A stretch of 64,000 bases of DNA, from contig JBEKFP010000003.1 of the NCBI GenBank assembly GCA_050013255.1, forward strand, positions 1-64,000, written 5' to 3'. Made by a program: the position numbers and the translations under genes. This DNA is from Candidatus Bathyarchaeia archaeon. Its GTDB lineage: Archaea > Thermoproteota > Bathyarchaeia > 40CM-2-53-6. Below, piece by piece: positions 40,691 through 47,727 of this stretch; the first letter of the stretch is position 1, and each line of letters opens with the position of its first letter. The notes below the pieces were generated by a model. That model was not told the origin of the DNA. It saw only the letters and a program-made list of their open reading frames with translations, and ran no database searches.

Positions 40691-40933
40691 TTGGGGTTAG
40701 CTAACGTGGTCTATGTAGTTGACTATGATATTCCTACATCTAATCCAACTAGGCGGGTTGACTTCTACCGTAAGGTTCACAGACTTCTAGGAGAACATTA
40801 TGGCAAAGAAGTGAAATTCTCCACTCAATCATGTTACTTTACAGAGGACGAGGCATTAGCCAAAAAATTCTTAGAGTTAGCAGGTCACTATAGTAAGAGA
40901 TGTAACCTCTACAAGGCGGTGAAGATGCAATGA
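40691..40933 (+). CDS. Stand-alone Cas2/VapD-like protein (80 aa)
   Basis: YVVDYDIP...RR..FYRKVHRLL...G...TQSCY matches the Cas2 pattern (hhhYDI, RR.K...L..G, Q.S.F); no cas1 or CRISPR array in the window. Confidence 0.7.
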   Translation: MGLANVVYVVDYDIPTSNPTRRVDFYRKVHRLLGEHYGKEVKFSTQSCYFTEDEALAKKFLELAGHYSKRCNLYKAVKMQ

Positions 40934-41595
40934 AGAATATTGGAATTCTCTTAATCATCGTATCTCTCGCGAGTCTTGGAGGCTTGGAGTATCCTACGGT
41001 TCCTATCAATCGAACGTCCACTTCGACCCAGTATCGGTTAACAAGCCTACTGGTTCAGAGCACTGAGACAGTTGATGTAATGCAGGGTTCCGTCACGTTG
41101 AAGCTTTGCTTCCTCGCCGTGACGAACTACTTCACGGCTAATGCAGGCGACATTTTCATTATTACTTCGCCTCCACCTGGTGTGACCGTCGGAGTTCTCG
41201 ACCTGGGTGTCGGAGAAGTAATTCATGAGGCATTCCTTATGGCAAAGACGTACGACGATTATCAACTCGAATGTGGTGTAGCTTATGGACTAAGAGGGGC
41301 CGTAGTGAACAATACGTGGACGGCTACATACAGTAGCGTTTACTACCTTGTTTTCTTTCAGCCCCCTGATTCGCCGTCGATGCCTAACATCGAGTTTATT
41401 CTATCAAAAATAACGGTATCTGCGAATTCGTTGGCGACCACTCTGCCTTACAGCACTACTGTGACTAATCCCACAAAAATTCCGTATGCGACCTCAGGAA
41501 TAAGCGGCATAATGAGCTTGCTCTTGGTTGCCGCATTGTTCCTAGCAGGAGTTGGCTTGTTATTTAGAGCAAGAAAGATATCTACAAAGTTGTGA
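40930..41595 (+). CDS. Repeat-bounded membrane protein (N- and C-terminal TM, extracellular beta domain)
   Basis: ATG lies in repeat 1 and TGA in repeat 2; hydropathy pattern. Confidence 0.75.
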   Translation: MKNIGILLIIVSLASLGGLEYPTVPINRTSTSTQYRLTSLLVQSTETVDVMQGSVTLKLCFLAVTNYFTANAGDIFIITSPPPGVTVGVLDLGVGEVIHEAFLMAKTYDDYQLECGVAYGLRGAVVNNTWTATYSSVYYLVFFQPPDSPSMPNIEFILSKITVSANSLATTLPYSTTVTNPTKIPYATSGISGIMSLLLVAALFLAGVGLLFRARKISTKL

Positions 41596-41602
41596 AGATG
41601 CA

Positions 41603-41722
41603 ATGACAGATGGCAAAAACGTCCCGCAGGGGCGTCCGAAGGACGTTTCAGTTAAGGGGGTTCAACTTACCCCTAGACCTCATTACATAGTCCACACTAT
41701 CTCCAAGATGGTTAGGCTGTGA
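41603..41722 (+). CDS. 39-aa repeat-bounded ORF (MTDGKNVPQGRPKDVSVKGVQLTPRPHYIVHTISKMVRL)
   Basis: ATG in repeat 2, TGA in repeat 3, no internal stop; below the ORF-track cut-off. Confidence 0.45.
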   Translation: MTDGKNVPQGRPKDVSVKGVQLTPRPHYIVHTISKMVRL

Positions 41723-41729
41723 AGGTGCA

Positions 41730-41783
41730 ATGACCGAAAATAATTCTGGAAAATCGCCGGTTCAAATCCGGTCCGGCCCACCA
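41730..41783 (+). other. int(N): 5' fragment of the integrase gene (MTENNSGK-SPVQIRSGPP) running into attR
   Basis: ATG 41730 is in frame with the 30-bp att core and, after circularisation, with TTTGACGAACCCGTG at 28365 (the integrase frame). Confidence 0.7.
41754..41783 (+). repeat. attR: copy of the tRNA-Val 3' 30 bp
   Basis: Identical to 28335-28364. Confidence 0.95.
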
Positions 41784-41788
41784 CTAAA

Positions 41789-43525
41789 CTACTCGGGCGG
41801 AATTTCTGAGAAAATCTGTGCATAGTCAACTTGTTTCTTTCGTGGTCCCCACTTGTAGTAGGTGTAGATCGCTGCTCCGATCAGGACGAATAGAAGATTG
41901 AATCCTAAGGCTAGCCAGTTGTAATAACCTGGAGCTAGCATATTGTCGTCAAAGATCGAGGTAAGGACCTCCCACCCGATGACCAAATTAGCCACGAGAC
42001 CCGCGAGGCCAATTGCTGCAACCCCAAGTTTCCCGCCTGGTTTGAAATATGCACTATCATAGAAGCGCCGTTGTCTGAACGGGAAGAGTAGGACTGCAAA
42101 CGAAAAGAGGCTGAGAAAAATCACAGTTAGAAGGTCTACGTAGGTGACGCCATACGAAAAGAAGGCGTCCATGATAGAACCTATGAGCCCGCCTGGGTTC
42201 CAACTGCCGCCAAGGGCAGCGACGCAAACTCCTCCACAACCTAACCCTGCTAATCCGCCAAGAATCGCGACGAGGACGACTGCGACAAAGGGAACGTGGA
42301 ATCTGTTAAGCTTGGCGAAAGTCTCAGGGAGGACTCTGTCGAATGACATGGCGAAAATCAGTCTTGAACCGGCCAACATCAATGCTGGAATTTCGTTAGC
42401 CGCCAACAGTAAGGGAAATAGGAACAAGATGACATTGAACGAGCCTAGTCCCAAGCCTTGAGCACTCATCATGGCCAATATTTGAACAAACATCCGGATT
42501 GGAGGAAGATGCGCCTGTGTGAGGCTCGTCGAAAATGTGAGGAAAGAGTAGGCTCCAAGGAAGCTCCACCTATCACCGTTGGGCAATATCGTTTGCCCTA
42601 CCGATGCAGCGGCGTCAGCTGAGATCCACGCCACGCCTACGAGAACCACGATAGCGACGAGCGCGCCGATTATTAGAACCTTAGGGAGATTCCTCTTAGG
42701 ATCCTTCACTTCTCCTAGAACAAATGTGGTTGAGGCGACTGCACCCCAGACAAGGAAAAAGCCAAAGTAAGACCAGACTGCCCAAATGAAACTGGCTGAA
42801 ACCGCTGTCCAATAGTCTCCGACGTTTGCTGAGTCAAGCCCCTGAGCGAGAGCAGCTTTTACGTATGTGTCTGCGGTCACTCCGGGTACTCCTTGTGTCT
42901 GCGCCCACATTGAAATTCCTCGCTCTAGCACGGCAGGGTTCATTATTGTGATGGCGAACAAACATAGAACGTAAGCAGTAATTATGACAGAAACCCAGAA
43001 GAGTACTTGCATCAAATACCCCGATACTCTCGTGCCAAACGCCGAGATCACTGCAAAAACGACTATGAGTATTAATCCGCCGACGGTTGGGTCGACGTCG
43101 TTAAGAATCGGACTTGCCGGGAAATAGAAATGCTGAGCGAGGCTCACGGCAATTGCGCCTAAATAGAAAGAAATCGTTAGGAATACAAGCCAACCCGCGA
43201 TGAAGCCCATGAATGGGTTGATAATCCTTGAAATCGCAAGATATCCTCCGCCAGATCGAGGCATTGCGCTACCTAAGATCGAATACCCAACCACCATTGA
43301 TAAGGCCAGAATTCCCACTATGATGAGGGCCATCACGGAAGGTGGAATTCCAGCGAACCATAAGTTCTCAGGCAAGGGGATGTTGCCCGTAGCAGAGAAG
43401 CCTCTCGCGAACGGCCAGAAGGCCCAACCCGTAACTGCGAGAATAATTACGACTGCAGTTAACGGACCAATTTCTCTAACTAGTCCCGTAGTTTCTCTTA
43501 CAAACGACTTCTTTCCATCAAGCAA
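41789..43525 (-). CDS. APC-family amino acid permease
   Basis: FVRETTGLVRE, AMPRSGGGY, GEVKDP, SRLIFAMSFDR, FSEIPPE. Confidence 0.9.
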   Translation of the reverse strand: MLDGKKSFVRETTGLVREIGPLTAVVIILAVTGWAFWPFARGFSATGNIPLPENLWFAGIPPSVMALIIVGILALSMVVGYSILGSAMPRSGGGYLAISRIINPFMGFIAGWLVFLTISFYLGAIAVSLAQHFYFPASPILNDVDPTVGGLILIVVFAVISAFGTRVSGYLMQVLFWVSVIITAYVLCLFAITIMNPAVLERGISMWAQTQGVPGVTADTYVKAALAQGLDSANVGDYWTAVSASFIWAVWSYFGFFLVWGAVASTTFVLGEVKDPKRNLPKVLIIGALVAIVVLVGVAWISADAAASVGQTILPNGDRWSFLGAYSFLTFSTSLTQAHLPPIRMFVQILAMMSAQGLGLGSFNVILFLFPLLLAANEIPALMLAGSRLIFAMSFDRVLPETFAKLNRFHVPFVAVVLVAILGGLAGLGCGGVCVAALGGSWNPGGLIGSIMDAFFSYGVTYVDLLTVIFLSLFSFAVLLFPFRQRRFYDSAYFKPGGKLGVAAIGLAGLVANLVIGWEVLTSIFDDNMLAPGYYNWLALGFNLLFVLIGAAIYTYYKWGPRKKQVDYAQIFSEIPPE

Positions 43526-43661
43526 AGCTTGTCACGCAAAAAAGGTGCTGACGGACGTCAAGGCTGTTTTCTAAATATCGTGGGTCCACATACTTAACAT
43601 ATGCTTACAGTGATATGTTTGCGCAGTCGCAAGAAACACTAATGCGCTCAGGAATTTCTCT

Positions 43662-44588
43662 GTGATGTCGAGACTGAACCGACGAAATAAGTGCACGTGT
43701 CTGATATTCCTCTTTGTCCTTAGCGTGTTGTTCGTTCCTACCCTGGTACACGGCACTAGGACTACACAGCCTTTCGAAGCGAGAGTCTTGGGCAATCCAA
43801 TGCACCAATCCGTCCCACAACAGGCAGACCCGGTTCAGGTACTCCATACCTTTGAAGTCCAACTCAACGCCCACAACGTCAATGCTGCTCTTGCACTTTT
43901 CACTGACAATGCGGTTGTTTACGATCCGACAACCATCTCCTGTTACGGCGGAACAGGGTCCTCTTGTGAACCCGGGAATATCATCATCTCCTATACTTCC
44001 AAGACGCAGATTCGAGGCTGGCTCCAATATCTCGCGCAGGTGGATATTGAAGTAAAAGAGGCCGGAGTCCCCCAAATCGCAGGAAGCAATGTGACTTGGA
44101 CTTGGCAGGTTTCCAACAACGGATACCGTACCCTGAACATCGCTCCGCTTGTGGGTGCCGGTGAAGCCATCCTTCAGGGTAACTTGATCAAGTACTTCAG
44201 CTTTCGACTTAGCGCAGATTCTATAGGAAAACTTACAGCCGCACTCGCGGCCTCCAGTCGGTCTCCATACTCCGTCGCTGGTGTGAGTATTGCGTTCAGT
44301 CTTGTTGCTCTCGGCATGGTTTTCCCCGGGGTAGCGGTGTATTATGTTTCGAGAGTCAAGCGACTCTTTGCTAGTGTGCCGAAGCTTGACAAACCTTGGA
44401 TATTGTTGGGCGCGGGCGTAGGGGTCTTATTTGTTTCAGTGCTGCTCGTGGCCTTGAGAGAAGTCGCCGCAATCTCGACAAGTGTTGCAGATCCACTCTT
44501 TGATGTGATATTGGCAGTCTGCGCTTTCTTTGTAATGTCGGCAATGATACTTATGAAACGGGTTATGATCAGTGAGCCCGATGAATAG
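43662..44588 (+). CDS. Membrane sensor candidate: signal peptide, SnoaL/NTF2-like domain, 3-TM domain
   Basis: DPVQVL.TF...LNAHNVNAALALFTDNAVV...K.QIRGWL SnoaL pattern; three C-terminal TM helices. Confidence 0.75.
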   Translation: MMSRLNRRNKCTCLIFLFVLSVLFVPTLVHGTRTTQPFEARVLGNPMHQSVPQQADPVQVLHTFEVQLNAHNVNAALALFTDNAVVYDPTTISCYGGTGSSCEPGNIIISYTSKTQIRGWLQYLAQVDIEVKEAGVPQIAGSNVTWTWQVSNNGYRTLNIAPLVGAGEAILQGNLIKYFSFRLSADSIGKLTAALAASSRSPYSVAGVSIAFSLVALGMVFPGVAVYYVSRVKRLFASVPKLDKPWILLGAGVGVLFVSVLLVALREVAAISTSVADPLFDVILAVCAFFVMSAMILMKRVMISEPDE

Positions 44589-44889
44589 CCCACTTCTATT
44601 CGCCATAGCTGCTATCGGGCTCGTCTGCTCGGCGGTCGCGACATATTATGTCATCCGCGTGAAAAGCGCCTTCGCTGGTCTCCCGCGCCTTGAAAGGCCT
44701 TGGCTCCTGCTTGGGCTTGGGGTCGCGTCTTTGTTTGTTGCGGCTTCGACGATTCCGATGGGCGAACTATCACTTTCTGTGGGAATCCTACATTTTATTC
44801 AGATCGCGGCTGTGGTTTCGGCTGCTTTCTTCATCTTGACTGCGATGGTGACGATGAAGCAGGCCTGGACAATTAGGGAGAGCGACTAG
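44581..44889 (+). CDS. 3-TM protein paralogous to the C-terminal domain of 43662-44588
   Basis: YYVIRVKSAFAGLPRLERPWLLLGLGV vs YYVSRVKRLFASVPKLDKPWILLGAGV. Confidence 0.8.
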   Translation: MNSPLLFAIAAIGLVCSAVATYYVIRVKSAFAGLPRLERPWLLLGLGVASLFVAASTIPMGELSLSVGILHFIQIAAVVSAAFFILTAMVTMKQAWTIRESD

Positions 44890-44890
44890 C

Positions 44891-46111
44891 ATGCAAGCTA
44901 CCGTCCCAGGTTTCAAGATGCAGATTCCAGGCTTAGAGGACCGCATCTTCCCGCCTGGAACTATCGTGCTACTGACGGCACGTCCTGGAACAGGAAAATC
45001 AGCCTTCGCCAAACAGTTCTGCCTAGAAGGATTGAAGAGGAGTGAGCGAGTAGTTGCAGCTTTGACTGACATTACAGCAGATAGCTTCCGCAAGAAGATC
45101 GGCGTCGAAACATCAAATCTAGACGTACTTGACTTCCTACTCGAGAAGCCAAACGGAGTTAATGAGATCTCAATCAAGATGCACCAACTAATATCGAAGA
45201 CGCCCGGCCGACAGGTTCGACTGATTTTCGATTCACTGTCAACACTCGGCACGATGTTCAACCCGGAGTTGCTCTCACCTTGGCTCCTAGATCAACGTGC
45301 AAAGTTGTCGAAGACCTCCGCCATGGTATTGGCGTTGGTCATTTACGCAACTGGCATCAACCCACCAGCTGTCACCCGAAGCCTCCACACATTCGCTGAT
45401 GTCGTCCTAGAGATGAAGACCGATGAGACGAAAGAGGAGCCCGAGAGGCAATTCAGGGTCCTCAAAGCTAGGGACATCAGCCACAGCTCTAGGTGGGTGC
45501 CTTTCAAGATTACTGATTCGGGAATCGAGTTTAACGCTGTGCCTGCCAACTTAGACCAGTTGCTGCTCAACGTAGACCAACGAATCTCTGAACGTGACCG
45601 AGTGTTGGCCACGGTTATGTTCGTAGACATTGTTGGATCAACAGAAAGGGCAACGCAGCTTGGTGATCGCCAATGGCAGGGCATTCTAAGAGGCTACTTT
45701 GGCTTGTTGCGCAAGGAGCTCAACCAATTTCGAGGTCGAGAGATCAGTACCACGGGGGATGGCATGCTCGCGATTTTCGATCGGCCTGAGAGTGCGGTTC
45801 GATGTGCCTGCGCAGCTAGAAACGCAGTTCGTTCCTTAGGCCTCGAAGTGCGCGTCGGCCTCCACACTGGAGAAGTGCAGCTTGCAGAAGGCAACATCGG
45901 AGGGATAGGCGTCCACATCGGCGCCAGGGTCGCCTCGCAGGCGAGTCCCGGCGAAGTATTAGTGTCCAGCACCGTCAAGGACTTAGTTTCAGGATCAGGC
46001 ATCGTATTCGATGATCGCGGTTTGCGAGCACTGAAGGGTGTTTCGGAGGAATGGCACTTATTCGCAGTTGTGTCCGATGAAACTCGGAAAGATGACACTG
46101 ACGCCCGCTGA
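44891..46111 (+). CDS. KaiC/RAD55-like ATPase fused to a class III adenylate/guanylate cyclase
   Basis: N-terminal: IPGLE, ARPGTGKS, LIFDSLS, ADVVLEM, RVLKAR, FKITDSGI. C-terminal: FVDIVGST, TGDG, RVGLHTGE, VHIGARV, LKGV. Confidence 0.9.
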   Translation: MQATVPGFKMQIPGLEDRIFPPGTIVLLTARPGTGKSAFAKQFCLEGLKRSERVVAALTDITADSFRKKIGVETSNLDVLDFLLEKPNGVNEISIKMHQLISKTPGRQVRLIFDSLSTLGTMFNPELLSPWLLDQRAKLSKTSAMVLALVIYATGINPPAVTRSLHTFADVVLEMKTDETKEEPERQFRVLKARDISHSSRWVPFKITDSGIEFNAVPANLDQLLLNVDQRISERDRVLATVMFVDIVGSTERATQLGDRQWQGILRGYFGLLRKELNQFRGREISTTGDGMLAIFDRPESAVRCACAARNAVRSLGLEVRVGLHTGEVQLAEGNIGGIGVHIGARVASQASPGEVLVSSTVKDLVSGSGIVFDDRGLRALKGVSEEWHLFAVVSDETRKDDTDAR

Positions 46112-46157
46112 TTAGAGTAGAGTCTAGACTGGCGTGATCAGGCTTTCAACCAGTTCG

Positions 46158-46712
46158 CTAAGTTTCTTTGGCATATCGTTCGGAGAATTTGATGAAGACT
46201 GAATTGTTGGTCACTTCAATTTTAGGCTCAGTTCCGAGAGCCGTGCGTATGCCTGCTTCGTAGACTCGTTTCAAATGATTCGAATATTTGGAGCCCAGCC
46301 CATGTTGCAAGGTTATGCTGTAGTTGCCACCGATTCTCTCGACCTCGCACTGGGTAGTGCCAACATATTTGGAGAGTCTTTCACAAAAGGCGCAGACAGT
46401 TTCTGCATCTATCCGTTTATGCCAGAACCTCACCATCTCAAGGAATGTCGACGGGGCCTCTTCTGTCGCGGCCAAATATGTTTGCTCATCCATCGCCTCT
46501 ATCATTCGCTCGTAGTTGTTTCGTGGTATCGTGACGAAACCAAACTTTCGTGTGAAACGATCCCATTCAGCGTATTTGGTTAAGATCGATACAACTAGTG
46601 CGCTCACCGTTCGGTTCTCAGCGTTCGCATCTCTTTGTAGGAGTGCGTTCAACTCTTTGGGAATACGTACGTTTCTCAGTACGGTCTGGGTTTTTCGGTC
46701 GGCCAAACTCAA
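46158..46712 (-). CDS. RHH transcription regulator with C-terminal V4R/HNOX-like ligand domain
   Basis: RNVRIPKEL..LL..DA..ENRTVSALVVSILTKYAEWD; C-terminal QHGLGSKYS, typical of this TACK family. Confidence 0.7.
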   Translation of the reverse strand: MSLADRKTQTVLRNVRIPKELNALLQRDANAENRTVSALVVSILTKYAEWDRFTRKFGFVTIPRNNYERMIEAMDEQTYLAATEEAPSTFLEMVRFWHKRIDAETVCAFCERLSKYVGTTQCEVERIGGNYSITLQHGLGSKYSNHLKRVYEAGIRTALGTEPKIEVTNNSVFIKFSERYAKET

Positions 46713-46718
46713 TCATTA

Positions 46719-46756
46719 TGTTTCACTCTGTTTTACTTTGTAACATTTGTGGTTAC
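46719..46756. promoter_or_regulatory. Operator candidates: TGTTT(C/T)ACT direct repeat and GTAAC-N7-GTTAC inverted repeat
   Basis: Located in the divergent gap between the RHH regulator and the pilin-like gene. Confidence 0.35.
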
Positions 46757-46810
46757 GTTGTGAGCCTATCACCTAAGTTCTCCCACTTAGAAATACGGGT
46801 TCGAAGACTC

Positions 46811-47263
46811 TTGAAAACTAAACTCGTCTTGGCCAGTATTCTTGTCGTTGTTATCGTAGTTGTCGCTGGTGTGTGGTTAATCTCTGGTCACTCCGGGGCA
46901 TCTACTAACGAGAAGATTCAGATTCCTTCTGGAGGGATAGTTGTCAATACCATAGCGGATCCGGCCGCTGGCGCAGGCATGGTGACTTGGACTACAGCCA
47001 CTCTAACTGTAGATAACATAGGATCGGTGCCTGTTACTATCTCAAGAATCTACGTGCAGGGCGCCGCTTACAGTTACAGTTCGACCGCGGCTCCCGGCAC
47101 ATTCTCCGCAGCCTCTAACCAAATTCAACCCGGACAAAGCCTAACCTTCACGATAACGGACTCCTCGCCAACTCCACTCACTATCGCCAACGAGAATGCG
47201 TGGAATTTCAAAGCAGTTACTTCCAACGGCACTGAAGCAAGCACCGCATATAGTTGGGGGTAA
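46811..47263 (+). CDS. Archaeal pilin-like secreted protein
   Basis: Hydrophobic N-terminus, LTVDNIGSVPVTISRIYV, IQPGQS, FKAVTSNG; TTG 46811 preferred. Confidence 0.6.
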   Translation: MKTKLVLASILVVVIVVVAGVWLISGHSGASTNEKIQIPSGGIVVNTIADPAAGAGMVTWTTATLTVDNIGSVPVTISRIYVQGAAYSYSSTAAPGTFSAASNQIQPGQSLTFTITDSSPTPLTIANENAWNFKAVTSNGTEASTAYSWG

Positions 47264-47592
47264 CTGAGGGATGCGAGACACTTTCGTGGCTCTCAGTTCA
47301 AAGCTGTGCAACAAATGCCACGTTCACTGTGACCCCCGCAACGACGGTATCCACGGAAGTCGAAGTCTTTCAGGCACCTCCTCTCCATTTCAACGCAGTA
47401 ACTGCGGGTGGTGCCGAAGCTAATGCAGACGTTAGTCAAATCTAAGCTTAAGCTCCAGCAAACAGGGCAAGATCGAAGATCCTAGAACGCAGTGAGTCAG
47501 TGGTCCAACACAGTTGAAAGTAGACGTTTTGACACACAAAGATGTTTGAATTATGAACCGCTGGGTTGGACGTAACAAAGCGCACGGGTGAG

Positions 47593-47609
47593 TCCGGTCC
47601 GGCTCACCA
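47593..47609 (+). repeat. Degenerate third att copy (16/17 match to the tRNA-Val 3' end)
   Basis: TCCGGTCCGGCTCACCA; similarity to the attR region continues downstream (CTGAACTAGTCGGGCGGAATTTC vs CTAAACTACTCGGGCGGAATTTC). Confidence 0.75.
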
Positions 47610-47614
47610 CTGAA

Positions 47615-47695
47615 CTAGTCGGGCGGAATTTCCGACGAGCTCCGTGTGTAGCTATTTTGTCTTCCCGAAGGACCTCATCTAGAATATACGTAGAT
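47615..47695 (-). pseudogene. 3' remnant of an APC permease
   Basis: IYVYSR*GPSGRQNSYTRSSEIPPD* vs IYTYYKWGPRKKQVDYAQIFSEIPPE* of 41789-43525; the Trp codon has become TGA. Confidence 0.75.
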
Positions 47696-47727
47696 CCAAT
47701 TATGACAAGTACGATTCTAGGGCGCAG

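Larger units (their letters stand above)
40908..41733 (+). repeat. Three direct repeats with core GTGAAG(A/G)TGCAATGA (40919-40933, 41592-41606, 41719-41733)
   Basis: Copies 1 and 2 match at 23/26 bp (40908-40933 vs 41581-41606); copy 3 matches copy 1 at 18/20; every copy sits at an ORF junction. Confidence 0.85.
28335..41783. mobile_element. Integrated element (island/provirus/plasmid-like) inserted in the tRNA-Val 3' end
   Basis: Perfect 30-bp direct repeat at both ends, adjacent tyrosine integrase, mostly ORFan content, visibly more AT-rich than the flanks. Confidence 0.93.
41784..47609. mobile_element. Second, older tandem accessory segment (no integrase) ending at a degenerate att copy
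   Basis: Bounded by attR and TCCGGTCCGGCTCACCA (47593-47609); accessory signalling content. Confidence 0.55.

Noticed and set aside
44891-45540. Circadian clock KaiC
   Set aside because: Single domain only, no kaiA/kaiB, and the catalytic EE pair is not evident; treated as a KaiC/RAD55-like signalling ATPase.
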